Shown here: positions 9,457 through 18,950 of the stretch, piece by piece | How positions within the stretch are numbered: position 1 is the stretch's first letter | Layout of the letters: every line of letters starts with the position of its first letter | Assembly (NCBI GenBank): GCA_963813025.1 | Contig: CAWEXO010000011.1 | Location: 896,001-960,000, forward strand | Origin: an uncultured Verrucomicrobiae bacterium | GTDB lineage: Bacteria; Verrucomicrobiota; Verrucomicrobiia; Chthoniobacterales; JAFAMB01 | Direction of reading: 5' to 3' | Length of the DNA: 64,000 nucleotides | Translations under genes and position numbers: made by a program | Notes under the pieces: generated by a model | The model's input: only the letters and a program-made list of their open reading frames with translations | The model's database searches: none | What the model was told of the DNA's origin: nothing

Positions 9457-9977
9457 AGTGGTTTGGTTTCCTTCTATTCGTTCTTTGTTTTGGTGATTTT
9501 TCTTTGGCCCACGCGGCAGCCAGTCCGCGAAGCACTCGTCATCCTCCGGCGCCGTCGGTGCCGAGGCCCGCGCCCGATTTTGCCTGGAGCAGCATTACTG
9601 GAAAGGTCCGCAGCCTGCGCGATTTGCGGGGCCAACCAGTCGTACTGATTTTTGCGACAAATCCTCAACAGAGGATTTTCATCCGTCAGGTTAAGGAGAT
9701 TAACCGTCGTTATCGTCAGCTCGCTGCCCAGAACACATTGTTCTTCGTCGCGTTTACTAAAGAGTCCGGATTGATCTCGCGATCGGATGTGCCCTTCGTC
9801 ATCCTGCCTGATCCCATGACGACGGCTGACGAGTACCGGGTCGGTGATTTTGGAATTGCGATAATCGCGTCAGACGGGAACCTGGACTATGCCACCGATC
9901 GGCTGATTACCGGGCAACGGATCCTGGATGTAATCGTCAATTCCTATCAGCGGCAGGTCGCGAATCGGCGGCAGTAG
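9453..9977 (+). CDS. Secreted thioredoxin-fold (AhpC/TSA-like) protein lacking redox cysteines
   Basis: Signal peptide; PAPDF...GKVRSLRDLRGQPVVLIF; no CxxC; ATGA overlap with frr. Confidence 0.6.
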   Translation: MKWFGFLLFVLCFGDFSLAHAAASPRSTRHPPAPSVPRPAPDFAWSSITGKVRSLRDLRGQPVVLIFATNPQQRIFIRQVKEINRRYRQLAAQNTLFFVAFTKESGLISRSDVPFVILPDPMTTADEYRVGDFGIAIIASDGNLDYATDRLITGQRILDVIVNSYQRQVANRRQ

Positions 9978-10045
9978 GGTATAGGGTTGATGTCCGCGAT
10001 TCGGGCGTGACCTTGGCCCGAACGATGGCGGGAATCCCGCGACAA

Positions 10046-11002
10046 ATGGCGAAACGCTACCCTCGCATCGCGTTTTTTCAGAATCCGGCGAGCGGAGGAT
10101 GGGACGATCGCGCACGGGACTACCTTCGGCAGCGGCTCGGTGACTTGACTGGCGATCTCGAGGAAATTGTCGTGACGCCAGATGTGCCGGTGACAGCGCG
10201 CGCGCAAGAGCTGGCCGACAGGGGAGTCAGTCTAGTCGCGGTGGCGGGCGGCGACGGCACCGTCCGTGAGGTGGCAACCGCGCTGGTCAGGACGGCTGTA
10301 CCGTTGGCGATAATACCCCTGGGAACCTTCAACAATCTGGCCTTGAGCTTAGGTCTGCCCAGAACGCCCGAGGCCGTCTGTGACTTAATCGAAAAAGGCG
10401 ACACAAAAACGATCGATGTCGGTCTGGCGGACGAACATCACCATTTTTTCGAGGCCGCCGGGGTCGGTGTCGACGCTGAACTGTTCCCGATGGGGGAAGA
10501 AGTAAAACAAGGCAAGCTCCGCGCGTTATTGCGAGCCTTTACGCTCGCCGCAAGACACACCCAGTTGCCGGTTGAGCTCAGTTTCGATCGTCCCGTCGCC
10601 GCCGCTTACCTTCAGTCGTTTCGCGGGCGGACGTCCGTGCGCCGTCGCCGCAAGCGTTTCCGGAAGAGTCGTCGGAATATCAAACTGCGTTGTTCCTTTG
10701 TCGCGGTCGGAAATGGGCCGTATTACGGAAGCAATTTCAACATCTGTCCTGGCGCCAGCCTCGATGACGGCTTGCTCCGAATCGCGGTGTATCGTGACTT
10801 TAGCAAGCGTGAACTGCTCACCCATCTTTGGTCCATCAGCCGAGGTCGATACCAGTACAGTCCGAAATTGGAATTGTTTGAATGCCGTACGCTGGAAGTC
10901 CGGTCTCGCTGGCGACTTTTTGTGCACGTCGACGGAAATCCGATTGGCACGACGCCAGTCCGGTTCGGCACGATCGAAAGAGGGTTGACAGTTTTCGCTT
11001 GA
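10046..11002 (+). CDS. Diacylglycerol/lipid kinase family (YegS/BmrU-like)
   Basis: NPASG, AGGDGT, IPLGTFNNLA, GNGPYYG, DDGLL, HVDG. Confidence 0.9.
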   Translation: MAKRYPRIAFFQNPASGGWDDRARDYLRQRLGDLTGDLEEIVVTPDVPVTARAQELADRGVSLVAVAGGDGTVREVATALVRTAVPLAIIPLGTFNNLALSLGLPRTPEAVCDLIEKGDTKTIDVGLADEHHHFFEAAGVGVDAELFPMGEEVKQGKLRALLRAFTLAARHTQLPVELSFDRPVAAAYLQSFRGRTSVRRRRKRFRKSRRNIKLRCSFVAVGNGPYYGSNFNICPGASLDDGLLRIAVYRDFSKRELLTHLWSISRGRYQYSPKLELFECRTLEVRSRWRLFVHVDGNPIGTTPVRFGTIERGLTVFA

Positions 11003-11064
11003 GTGGTGCTCTCGGCAGACTTTCGCTTGATTTGGACCACAGCTGGGTGAACTCTTCTGGCTCC

Positions 11065-12435
11065 ATGACGCTGACCGAGAAGATCTTAGCACGGGCAAGC
11101 GGAAAGAAGCAGGTTGAGCCAGGCGATAATGTCTGGGTCAATACCGACGTGCTTCTCACCCACGATGTTTGCGGCCCTGGCAGTATCGGGGTCTTCAAAC
11201 GCGAGTTCGGTGCCGACGCCAAGGTCTGGGATCCCACCAAGATAGTTATTATTCCCGACCACTACATCTTTACCGCCGACAAGCTTTCCAATCGGAATGT
11301 CGACATTTTGCGCGACTTCGCCCGGGAACAGGGTTTGCCGTACTTTTATGATGTAATTGATGATCCCTCGGGACACTGGCAATTCGATTCAGCCAGGGGG
11401 CAGGTCAAAAGGCAGTATGGCAGTCGTTATCAGGGGGTTTGCCATGCCGCGCTGCCACAACTCGGCCATGCGCGACCTGGCGAAGTGCTGTTTGGCACCG
11501 ACTCTCACACCTGTATGGCGGGAGCATTCGGCGAGTTCGCCTCAGGAATCGGTAACACCGATGCGGGATTCATTCTTGGTACTGGCAAACTCCTGGTGAA
11601 AGTGCCGGAGACGATGCGCTTTTATCTGGAGGGCGAGATGCCGCCTGGGGTGATGGCGAAAGATGTCATCCTTCACGTTATCGGCGATATCGGTTTCGAC
11701 GGAGCGACGTACCGGGCAATGCAATGGGCAGGTCCCGGCGTTCATTCCCTGACGATTGATGATCGCATGACGATCGCAAACATGGCGATCGAAGCAGGCG
11801 GCAAGAACGGTATTTTTCCGTCCGACGAAAAAACTTTCGAGTTCGTCGATGCACGAACAAAAGCGAATGGCACACAGTCTCACTATGACCCGATCGAGTT
11901 GGATGCCGATCAAAGCTTTATTTTCGATCGGGTGTACGACTTATCGAAATTGGAACCGACGGTCGCGATGCACCCCAATCCTGGTAATCGCGCTCTGGCC
12001 AAGGAACTGACCAAAGTCAGGCTTGATCGCGCGTACATCGGTTCGTGCACTGGGGGGAAAGCCAGTGACTTCGTGGCTTTCGCGTCCGTTGTGCGAGGTA
12101 AGCGGGTGGCGATCGAAACGTACGGTGTGCCAGCCACCTCCGAGGTGGTGAGCGAGCTGAAGAACACGCGTTGGGACAGTGGCTCCGTCTGGGATGTGTT
12201 GGTCGATGCGGGGGTGCTGATGACGGAGAACGCGTCGTGCGCTGCGTGTCTGGGAGGTCCGACGGACACCTTCGGCCGCCTGAACGCTCCGTTCACCTGC
12301 ATCAGTGCAACAAATCGGAACTTTCCGGGGCGAATGGGTAGCAAGGAATCCAAGGTTTTCCTGGCCAGTCCATACACCGTAGCAGCGTCAGCTTTGACCG
12401 GACACGTCACCGATCCTCGCGAATTTTTAAGCTGA
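11065..12435 (+). CDS. leuC: 3-isopropylmalate dehydratase large subunit (plant-like type)
   Basis: MTLTEKILA, DSHT, YIGSCTGG, CAACLGG, TNRNFPGRMG, LASP. Confidence 0.92.
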   Translation: MTLTEKILARASGKKQVEPGDNVWVNTDVLLTHDVCGPGSIGVFKREFGADAKVWDPTKIVIIPDHYIFTADKLSNRNVDILRDFAREQGLPYFYDVIDDPSGHWQFDSARGQVKRQYGSRYQGVCHAALPQLGHARPGEVLFGTDSHTCMAGAFGEFASGIGNTDAGFILGTGKLLVKVPETMRFYLEGEMPPGVMAKDVILHVIGDIGFDGATYRAMQWAGPGVHSLTIDDRMTIANMAIEAGGKNGIFPSDEKTFEFVDARTKANGTQSHYDPIELDADQSFIFDRVYDLSKLEPTVAMHPNPGNRALAKELTKVRLDRAYIGSCTGGKASDFVAFASVVRGKRVAIETYGVPATSEVVSELKNTRWDSGSVWDVLVDAGVLMTENASCAACLGGPTDTFGRLNAPFTCISATNRNFPGRMGSKESKVFLASPYTVAASALTGHVTDPREFLS

Positions 12436-12498
12436 GTGTTTTTTGGCCCTGTGTCGGTAGGGCTAAAATTCATTCGAGCGCCCGGCGAGGCTTTTTAT

Positions 12499-12618
12499 CG
12501 TGTCCGCCGTAGCTTTAGCGTGAAGGAGCCGTTTGGAGCGCGTGGGGCCGGCCCGGCGCCCGGCTCGAACGGGTCTTCGCCGAAGGCTTCCGCTTTCGCT
12601 AAAGCTTCGGCGGACACG
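12499..12618. repeat. REP-like inverted repeat pair between leuC and leuD
   Basis: CGTGTCCGCCGTAGCTTTAGCG (12499-12520) vs CGCTAAAGCTTCGGCGGACACG (12597-12618), 1 mismatch in 22. Confidence 0.8.
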
Positions 12619-12661
12619 CCAGATAAAGAGATTGTCTCGCAACTACTACAAAAAGAATCCC

Positions 12662-13204
12662 ATGCCTCAATTGTTAACCAGCCAAATCTTCGTCGTCGGT
12701 GATAACATCGATACCGATCAGATTATCCCTGCCCATTACCTGACCTTGGTGCCCACCATTCCCGAGGAGTACGAAAAACTTGGCTCCCACGCGATGGTCG
12801 GTCTGCCGGACGATTTGTACCCCGAAAAGTTTATTAAACCGGGTGAAATGAAAACGGATTTCCAGCTCGTTCTCGCCGGTCGCAATTTTGGTTGTGGTAG
12901 TTCTCGGGAGCATGCTCCAATCGCTCTGGGAGCGGCTGGAGTCAAAGCGGTCATCGCGGAATCCTACGCCCGCATCTTTTTCCGAAATAGCGTCGCGACC
13001 GGCGAATTGTATCCCTACGAATCGCGGGAGCGTTTGATCGGGCAGGTTAAGACCGGGAACTTAGGCACTCTGGATTTCGACACTGACACGCTCGAGGTGA
13101 ACGGCAAACGATTCACTTTAAAACCCATGGGCGACGTTCGCCCGGTGATTGAAGCGGGAGGACTCTTCAATTACGCGCGCCAGACCGGAATGATTCCGAG
13201 ATGA
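12662..13204 (+). CDS. leuD: 3-isopropylmalate dehydratase small subunit
   Basis: DNIDTDQIIPA, NFGCGSSREHA, SYARIFFRN. Confidence 0.93.
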   Translation: MPQLLTSQIFVVGDNIDTDQIIPAHYLTLVPTIPEEYEKLGSHAMVGLPDDLYPEKFIKPGEMKTDFQLVLAGRNFGCGSSREHAPIALGAAGVKAVIAESYARIFFRNSVATGELYPYESRERLIGQVKTGNLGTLDFDTDTLEVNGKRFTLKPMGDVRPVIEAGGLFNYARQTGMIPR

Positions 13205-14136
13205 AGATCTCGGTGATTACCCCGTGTCTCAATCGTCGAGATCTTATTGCGGAGACTGTCGAGAGTGTTCTGGCGCAGAACTACCCGGACTTTGAGCACT
13301 GGATCATTGACGGCGGTTCAACCGACGAGACGTTGGCTCTTCTCCGCGACTATGCCCACCTGAAGGTCGTCTCCGAGCCTGATCGAGGGGTTTACGATGC
13401 CTTGAACAAGGGACTACACCTGGCATCCGGAGACATCATCGCCCTTCTCAATAGCGATGATTTGTTCCCTTTAGGGGCCTTCAACCTGTGCACCGAGCTT
13501 TTTCAGAATTCGGTCGACACCATGATTGTCTCGGGAGGTTGTCAGATTTTTCGGCGCGATCAGGACGGACGGGAGACTGAACTTCATCGGTACGAGAATC
13601 CCCGCCGCTATCATCTTTCCGTGCGCAACGTGGCCGTTGGCCTGCCCATCATCAATGCTCGTTTCTTTCGCCGAAAAGTTTTTGAGCGGATCGGAGATTT
13701 CGACCTGAACTACGCCATTGCCGCCGATCGAGACTTTCTGATGCGAGCCGCGCTGCAAGGGATTCCCGATGCACCGGTCCCGCGTATTCTCTACCGGTAT
13801 CGCTGGCATGCTGGCTCGCTGACGATGAATGCAGGGACGGACACCCTGCTCCAAGGCATGAGAGAAGGACTCGCGATCATTGAGCGACTGCGAGCCGATC
13901 AGACATTAGCTCGGGAACAGCACGCGGTGTTAGCCCGCTGGCGGCGCGAGTGCCTGGCAAATATCGTGATGATTCACGCGGTCAACCGGCGTCCGCAAAA
14001 AGCGCTTTCTTCCACGGTAACCGGCACGCGGACTGACCCACTGTTCCCGAGCACCTTGTGTCGCCTGGGGTCCTTCGCCATCGGACGACGGATTCGGAAC
14101 TGGTGCCGGCGGCGGGTCTCTAACCATGGACCGTAG
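13201..14136 (+). CDS. Glycosyltransferase family 2
   Basis: ISVITPCLN, IDGGSTD, DRGVYDALNKG, LNSDD. Confidence 0.93.
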   Translation: MKISVITPCLNRRDLIAETVESVLAQNYPDFEHWIIDGGSTDETLALLRDYAHLKVVSEPDRGVYDALNKGLHLASGDIIALLNSDDLFPLGAFNLCTELFQNSVDTMIVSGGCQIFRRDQDGRETELHRYENPRRYHLSVRNVAVGLPIINARFFRRKVFERIGDFDLNYAIAADRDFLMRAALQGIPDAPVPRILYRYRWHAGSLTMNAGTDTLLQGMREGLAIIERLRADQTLAREQHAVLARWRRECLANIVMIHAVNRRPQKALSSTVTGTRTDPLFPSTLCRLGSFAIGRRIRNWCRRRVSNHGP

Positions 14137-15241
14137 GATTCGAGTCCTTCACGTGATCGACAGCTTGGAACTGGGCGGTGCTCAAACCGTGCTGCTGAAC
14201 TTGTTCGCCTTGGCCCACCCCCGGTTCGAGCTCTCGCTCGCCGCTCTGCACGCGAACAACCAGAGTCTGTTTCTCGGGCGCGCCCGGCGGCAGGGATTGT
14301 CTGTCTGCTTGCTCTCTCCCTACCGGTGGTTACCGTGGTTCCTCATCTCCCTGCCGTGGCTTATTTGGCGGAAGCAATTCGATGTTGTCCATTGTCATCT
14401 CTACGCCTCAAACTGGCTGGGGAAACCTTTGGCGCGTACGCTCGGCGTTCCCGTGATCGTTTCGCACGACCATTGCTACGAGGAGTTTCGCTTCAAAAAC
14501 CCCTTCTTTCGGTGGATCGACGCAGGCGCTAATGCATGTGCGGACGTAGTCCTGACTATATCCGAACAAATCGCCCAACGCCTGATTGAGAAGGAGAAAA
14601 TACCCGCTGCCAAAGTGGAGGTAATCCGCAACGGGGTGCCGGTGCCGGCCGGCGACTTGGCTTCCGTGCCGGAACCAGCGGCGCGCGATTTCCGCGTGAT
14701 TGGCGGTGCCGGCCGCCTGGTAGCCTGGAAAGGGTTTTCGCGATTGCTTCAGATGATGCGTCATCTGCTGGATTTGGATGCGCGTTACCGGCTGATCCTC
14801 GCAGGAGATGGTCCGGAGCTGGATAATCTGCAAGCACAGGCACGCAGCCTGAAAATCGAGGATCAGATAGCGTGGCCGGGGGCAGTGGCTTCGTTGGCTC
14901 CTTTCTTTGTGCAGATCGACTTTTTTGTCCTGACTTCCGACCGGGAAGATCTGCCGATGGTGCTTCTTGAAGCACTAGCGGCCGGCAAGCCAACTGCCGT
15001 TCTGGGGCACAATCGAGAACGGCGCAGCGTGCGGGACGCGGCTCTGGTGCTGGATCCGAGCGGACAAGAGAAGGTCTGGGCCGGCGAGATTCATCGTCTC
15101 TTCTCGGAGCCAGTGCGAATGCGGCAGTTGCGGGAGGCTGGTCCCCGCTTTGTTTCGGAAAAATTCTCGGCGGAGAAGCAGGTGAGACGCATCGAGGAAA
15201 TCTATGATTCTTTGCTGGAAAAGAAGAGCAAGAGACGTTGA
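14126..15241 (+). CDS. Glycosyltransferase family 4
   Basis: VLHVIDSLELGGAQ, GRLVAWKG, EDLPMVLLEALAAG. Confidence 0.92.
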   Translation: MDRRIRVLHVIDSLELGGAQTVLLNLFALAHPRFELSLAALHANNQSLFLGRARRQGLSVCLLSPYRWLPWFLISLPWLIWRKQFDVVHCHLYASNWLGKPLARTLGVPVIVSHDHCYEEFRFKNPFFRWIDAGANACADVVLTISEQIAQRLIEKEKIPAAKVEVIRNGVPVPAGDLASVPEPAARDFRVIGGAGRLVAWKGFSRLLQMMRHLLDLDARYRLILAGDGPELDNLQAQARSLKIEDQIAWPGAVASLAPFFVQIDFFVLTSDREDLPMVLLEALAAGKPTAVLGHNRERRSVRDAALVLDPSGQEKVWAGEIHRLFSEPVRMRQLREAGPRFVSEKFSAEKQVRRIEEIYDSLLEKKSKRR

Positions 15242-15243
15242 TT

Positions 15244-15360
15244 AAGCGGAGGGAGCGGGTTCAGCGGAGGGATGTAGCTGAAAACTGCCCAATGAGCTCA
15301 GCACAGGGGGCGATTATACCTTGGTGGCTACCTTCCTCCGCTGAACCCGCTCCGTCCGCT
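15244..15360. repeat. Dispersed repeat family A, inverted pair (copies 1 and 2)
   Basis: AGCGGAGGGAGCGGGTTCAGCGGAGG..GTAGC (15244-15280) and its reverse complement (15327-15360). Confidence 0.85.
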
Positions 15361-15366
15361 TTCCGC

Positions 15367-16431
15367 CTATTCTCCGCGCCACTCAACGGTGCGGTCGAGC
15401 TCGTCGATCGACGAGCAACCAAGTAAGGCCATCGCGCACCGGAACTCCTGATCGAGGATCTGGATCGCCCGGGAAACCCCTGGTGCCCCGGCCACGGCGA
15501 GCGCGTAGATATAAGGACGCCCCAGCAGCACCGCGTCGGCCCCGCGAGCCAGCGCCTTCACGACGTCCGTCCCGCGCCGAATTCCGCCGTCAACCAGAAC
15601 CGGAGCCTGTTTAGCGACTCGTTCGGCAATGGCCGGCAGAACTTCAACCGTTGCGGGAACAGTGTCGAGATTTCGCGCTCCGTGGTTGGAGACGATGATT
15701 CCATCAGCCCCCGCCTTAAGGCCGTACTCGGCGTCGTCGGGATGAAGCACCCCTTTTAATAAGAGAGGCATCCGGGTGAGGGAACGCAGCCACTCGATGT
15801 CTTTCCACACAATCGCGCTGTGTCGCCCCGGATCGGAAGTTGAGCGAAGGCCTGCGCGGACGTCGACCTGATACGGCACTTCGATTTCCGGCGGGACGGC
15901 GAACCCTGCGCGCAACTGGCGAACTCTAACTCCCAACACTGGCGTATCGACTGTCACGCAAAGCGCTCGGAAGCCGACCTTCTCCACTTGCTCAACCAAG
16001 TCCTTCGTAAACGAGCGATCGCGCTGTACATAGAGCTGGAACCAAAGGGGTGCCGTCGTTATTGGCACGAGGTTCTCGACGCGAACTGTTGTGTTCGTGC
16101 TGATCACGGCAGGAATTCCCTGTTCGCCGGCGGCGCGAACGGTGGCGCTCTCACCATCCGGGTGTACCAGACGCTGATAGGCGGCCGGTGCGAGTACAAT
16201 GGGAGTCGGGAGTTGGTATCCAAAGAGCGAAACGGCGGTGTTTATCACCGAGACGTCCCGCAGCACGCGCGACATCAGCAGGATTTGGTCGAACGCGGTT
16301 TCGTTGCGCCTCAAAGTAATCTCGTCGCCGGCGCCGCCGGCCACGTATTCATAAACCGCATGTGCCATGCGCCGGCGAGCTTCCGGTTCGAAGTCGGTCA
16401 GGGTAAGGAAGCTATCGAGCTCGCTCTTCAC
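15367..16431 (-). CDS. FMN-dependent alpha-hydroxy acid oxidase/dehydrogenase
   Basis: YEYVAGGAGDE, WFQLY, TVD, KG, SNHGAR, DGGIRRGTD, GRP. Confidence 0.95.
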   Translation of the reverse strand: MKSELDSFLTLTDFEPEARRRMAHAVYEYVAGGAGDEITLRRNETAFDQILLMSRVLRDVSVINTAVSLFGYQLPTPIVLAPAAYQRLVHPDGESATVRAAGEQGIPAVISTNTTVRVENLVPITTAPLWFQLYVQRDRSFTKDLVEQVEKVGFRALCVTVDTPVLGVRVRQLRAGFAVPPEIEVPYQVDVRAGLRSTSDPGRHSAIVWKDIEWLRSLTRMPLLLKGVLHPDDAEYGLKAGADGIIVSNHGARNLDTVPATVEVLPAIAERVAKQAPVLVDGGIRRGTDVVKALARGADAVLLGRPYIYALAVAGAPGVSRAIQILDQEFRCAMALLGCSSIDELDRTVEWRGE

Positions 16432-16442
16432 GGGAAGGGGGT

Positions 16443-16516
16443 GTCAGTGTCAGTCGTCATCGTCAGTCGTCATCGGTCATTGGCTTCTCGGTCATTGGCC
16501 ATCAGCCATCGCCATT
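16443..16516. repeat. Degenerate 6-7-mer tandem repeats
   Basis: GTCAGT/GTCATC/GGTCATT/GCCATC-like units. Confidence 0.55.
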
Positions 16517-16525
16517 TCTAGCGCA

Positions 16526-17755
16526 TTAAGCCGTTGCTTGACGACGACCTGGTGCCGCCCGAAAAGAGACGCCGCGCGCCTCCGGTCCAAGTGCCGTGAT
16601 CACGACCAGAGACAGCGCGACAGCGCCAGCCACGATCGCCAGGGCGTTGCTGTAGTTATGGAACTTTGCGACAAGTTGCGCCTGGAAAAATAAATTACCC
16701 GACGCGAAAAGATTCCCTAGCTGGTATGTGAAACCGGGAAAGGTTCCGCGTACTTCGCCGGGGGAGAGCTCGTTCAAGTGCACCGGGACTACTCCCCAGG
16801 CGCCTTGCACGAGGAACTGCATCACAAAAGCTCCAACGGCCAGCACAACCGCCGTCTGCGAGAAGGCCCACAGAGGAATCGCAAGCAACGAAACCAGCGC
16901 GGCGATGATGATTGCGCGGCGCCGGCCGATCCGTTCAGAGATCGACCCAAAAGTCAGGCCGCCAAGAATTGCGCCGATATTGTAAGTGATTGCAATCAGC
17001 GCCACCGTACCGGGGTTGAATTTGTGCTGCAGGAAAGTCGGATAAAGGTCCTGGGTGCCGTGACTGAAAAAATTGAAGGCGGTCATCAGCACGATCATAT
17101 AGAGAAACAAGTTCCATTGACTACTGATCGCACGCCACATACCCGGGCCGGTTGCCGGCCGCTCGAGCCAGGCTGGCGATTCGTCTACCTGAGAACGAAT
17201 ATAGAGCACGAGCAGGGCGGGAAGGGCTCCCACCATAAACATGCCACGCCAGCCAATATGTTGATAAGCTAACGCGTAGAGGATTGAGGCGAGCAAATAA
17301 CCTGACGGATAGCCGGCCTGGAGCAGGCCAGATACAACCCCGCGGGTGCGCTCCGGAATCGTTTCCATCGCCAGAGCCGCTCCCACACCCCATTCACCGC
17401 CCATCGCTATACCGTAGAGACCGCGCAGAATAATCAGAACCGTGAGGGAAGGGGCAAACCCGCAAGCAAACTCGAGCGCCGAGTAAAACAGGATGTTTGC
17501 CATGAGCGTTGGACGCCGCCCTACCCGGTCGGCCACCAACCCAAAAAGCAAGGCGCCAAGCGGACGCATGGCGAGGGTCAGATTAACCGTAAAAGAAACT
17601 GCGCTTAAATCGCTTTTGAACTCCTGGACGATATCTTTCAAAACGAAAATCAGGATGAAAAAGTCAAACGCATCCAGGGTCCAACCAAGGTAACAGGAAA
17701 GAACCGCGCTTTTCTGACGAGGAGTAAGAGAGGCAAGCTGGGCAAAGATACTCAT
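16526..17755 (-). CDS. MFS carboxylate transporter (SHS/Jen1/NanT-like)
   Basis: GWTLDAFDFF, DRVGRR, GIAMGGEW, HGTQDLYPTF, YQLGN. Confidence 0.9.
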   Translation of the reverse strand: MSIFAQLASLTPRQKSAVLSCYLGWTLDAFDFFILIFVLKDIVQEFKSDLSAVSFTVNLTLAMRPLGALLFGLVADRVGRRPTLMANILFYSALEFACGFAPSLTVLIILRGLYGIAMGGEWGVGAALAMETIPERTRGVVSGLLQAGYPSGYLLASILYALAYQHIGWRGMFMVGALPALLVLYIRSQVDESPAWLERPATGPGMWRAISSQWNLFLYMIVLMTAFNFFSHGTQDLYPTFLQHKFNPGTVALIAITYNIGAILGGLTFGSISERIGRRRAIIIAALVSLLAIPLWAFSQTAVVLAVGAFVMQFLVQGAWGVVPVHLNELSPGEVRGTFPGFTYQLGNLFASGNLFFQAQLVAKFHNYSNALAIVAGAVALSLVVITALGPEARGVSFRAAPGRRQATA

Positions 17756-17916
17756 GGCTGGAAGGAAGCTGGGGTTGCGATTTATCTGGGCAGGGAACGG
17801 TCCATCGATTGGAAGAGGGCTGCTTCAGCAAAAGAAACTAACGTAACAAGGACGCAATTCACAACTGGAGAAGCTTGGTGCACGCGAGAATCTCACGTGC
17901 TAGCAATGCAAGCTCT

Positions 17917-18876
17917 TCAGGCTGAACCGATGAGGATGCCGGCGAGAAAAACCAGGAATCCACCCAAAACCACCTGGAAGATGGCCGAGAGTAGCGGTGT
18001 GTCCATGTAATGATGCCGAATCCACGAGATCACGCCCAGTTCGAGAACAACCACCACAACGGCCACCGCGGTTGCCATGCCGAAGTTCGGGATCAGAAAG
18101 GGAATCGTGTGGCCCAGGCCACCCACCGTGGTCATAAGCCCGCAAACCGTTCCCCGGAGGAGTGGATGCCCTCGGCCGCTGAGCGCGCCGTCGTCCGAAA
18201 GCGCTTCGGCGAATCCCATACTGATACCAGCTCCCACTGACGCCGCGATACCAACCACAAAGGCCGTCCACGGACTGCGTGTCGCAAAGGCCGCGGCAAA
18301 GACCGGGGCCAAAGTGGACACCGACCCATCCATCAAGCCGGCCAAACCAGGCTGCACGACCTGAAGGACAAACAGCTTCCGTGCTGCTTCTTCTTCCTTT
18401 TTAAATTCACCGGATTTATCCCGTTCTTTTGACATCCGATCAGCCAGGTCTTCGTGGGATAGTTCGGCCTCGGCCAAATCACCTAACAGTTTCCGCATGT
18501 CTGCCGAGGAAGTCTTCTCGAGAGCGTGCTGATAGAAACGTCTGGTCTCGGACTCCATCGTTTGGACCTCCGAGCGGACCTGCGGCAAGGTCAGCACTTT
18601 GTTCAACCAGATCGGACGACGATGCACAAAGCCCTTGACATCCTGGCGCCGGATCAGGGGTATCTGTTCCCCAAAGCGTGTCTGGAACATCTCGATCAGG
18701 CGCCGGCGATGATCCGACTCCTCTTCTCTCATCGTTTCCAGGACCGACGCGGTTGCCGGGAACTCGCCTTTCATGCGTTCGGCGAAGCTGCCATAAATGC
18801 GGCCATCCTCCTCTTCAAGCGAAATAGCCAGAGCCAGGACCTCTTGCTCACTCAATTGGTGGAATGATTTGACCAT
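17917..18876 (-). CDS. mbfA: Iron exporter MbfA (ferritin-like domain + VIT1/CCC1 domain)
   Basis: [44 protein letters not shown]. Confidence 0.92.
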   Translation of the reverse strand: MVKSFHQLSEQEVLALAISLEEEDGRIYGSFAERMKGEFPATASVLETMREEESDHRRRLIEMFQTRFGEQIPLIRRQDVKGFVHRRPIWLNKVLTLPQVRSEVQTMESETRRFYQHALEKTSSADMRKLLGDLAEAELSHEDLADRMSKERDKSGEFKKEEEAARKLFVLQVVQPGLAGLMDGSVSTLAPVFAAAFATRSPWTAFVVGIAASVGAGISMGFAEALSDDGALSGRGHPLLRGTVCGLMTTVGGLGHTIPFLIPNFGMATAVAVVVVVLELGVISWIRHHYMDTPLLSAIFQVVLGGFLVFLAGILIGSA

Positions 18877-18950
18877 GGGGTATTCGGTGTGCGTTGTTCG
18901 CGCGGAAGCCGATCATAGGCGTGGCCGGAAATGATGTCGAGGCAGGTTCG

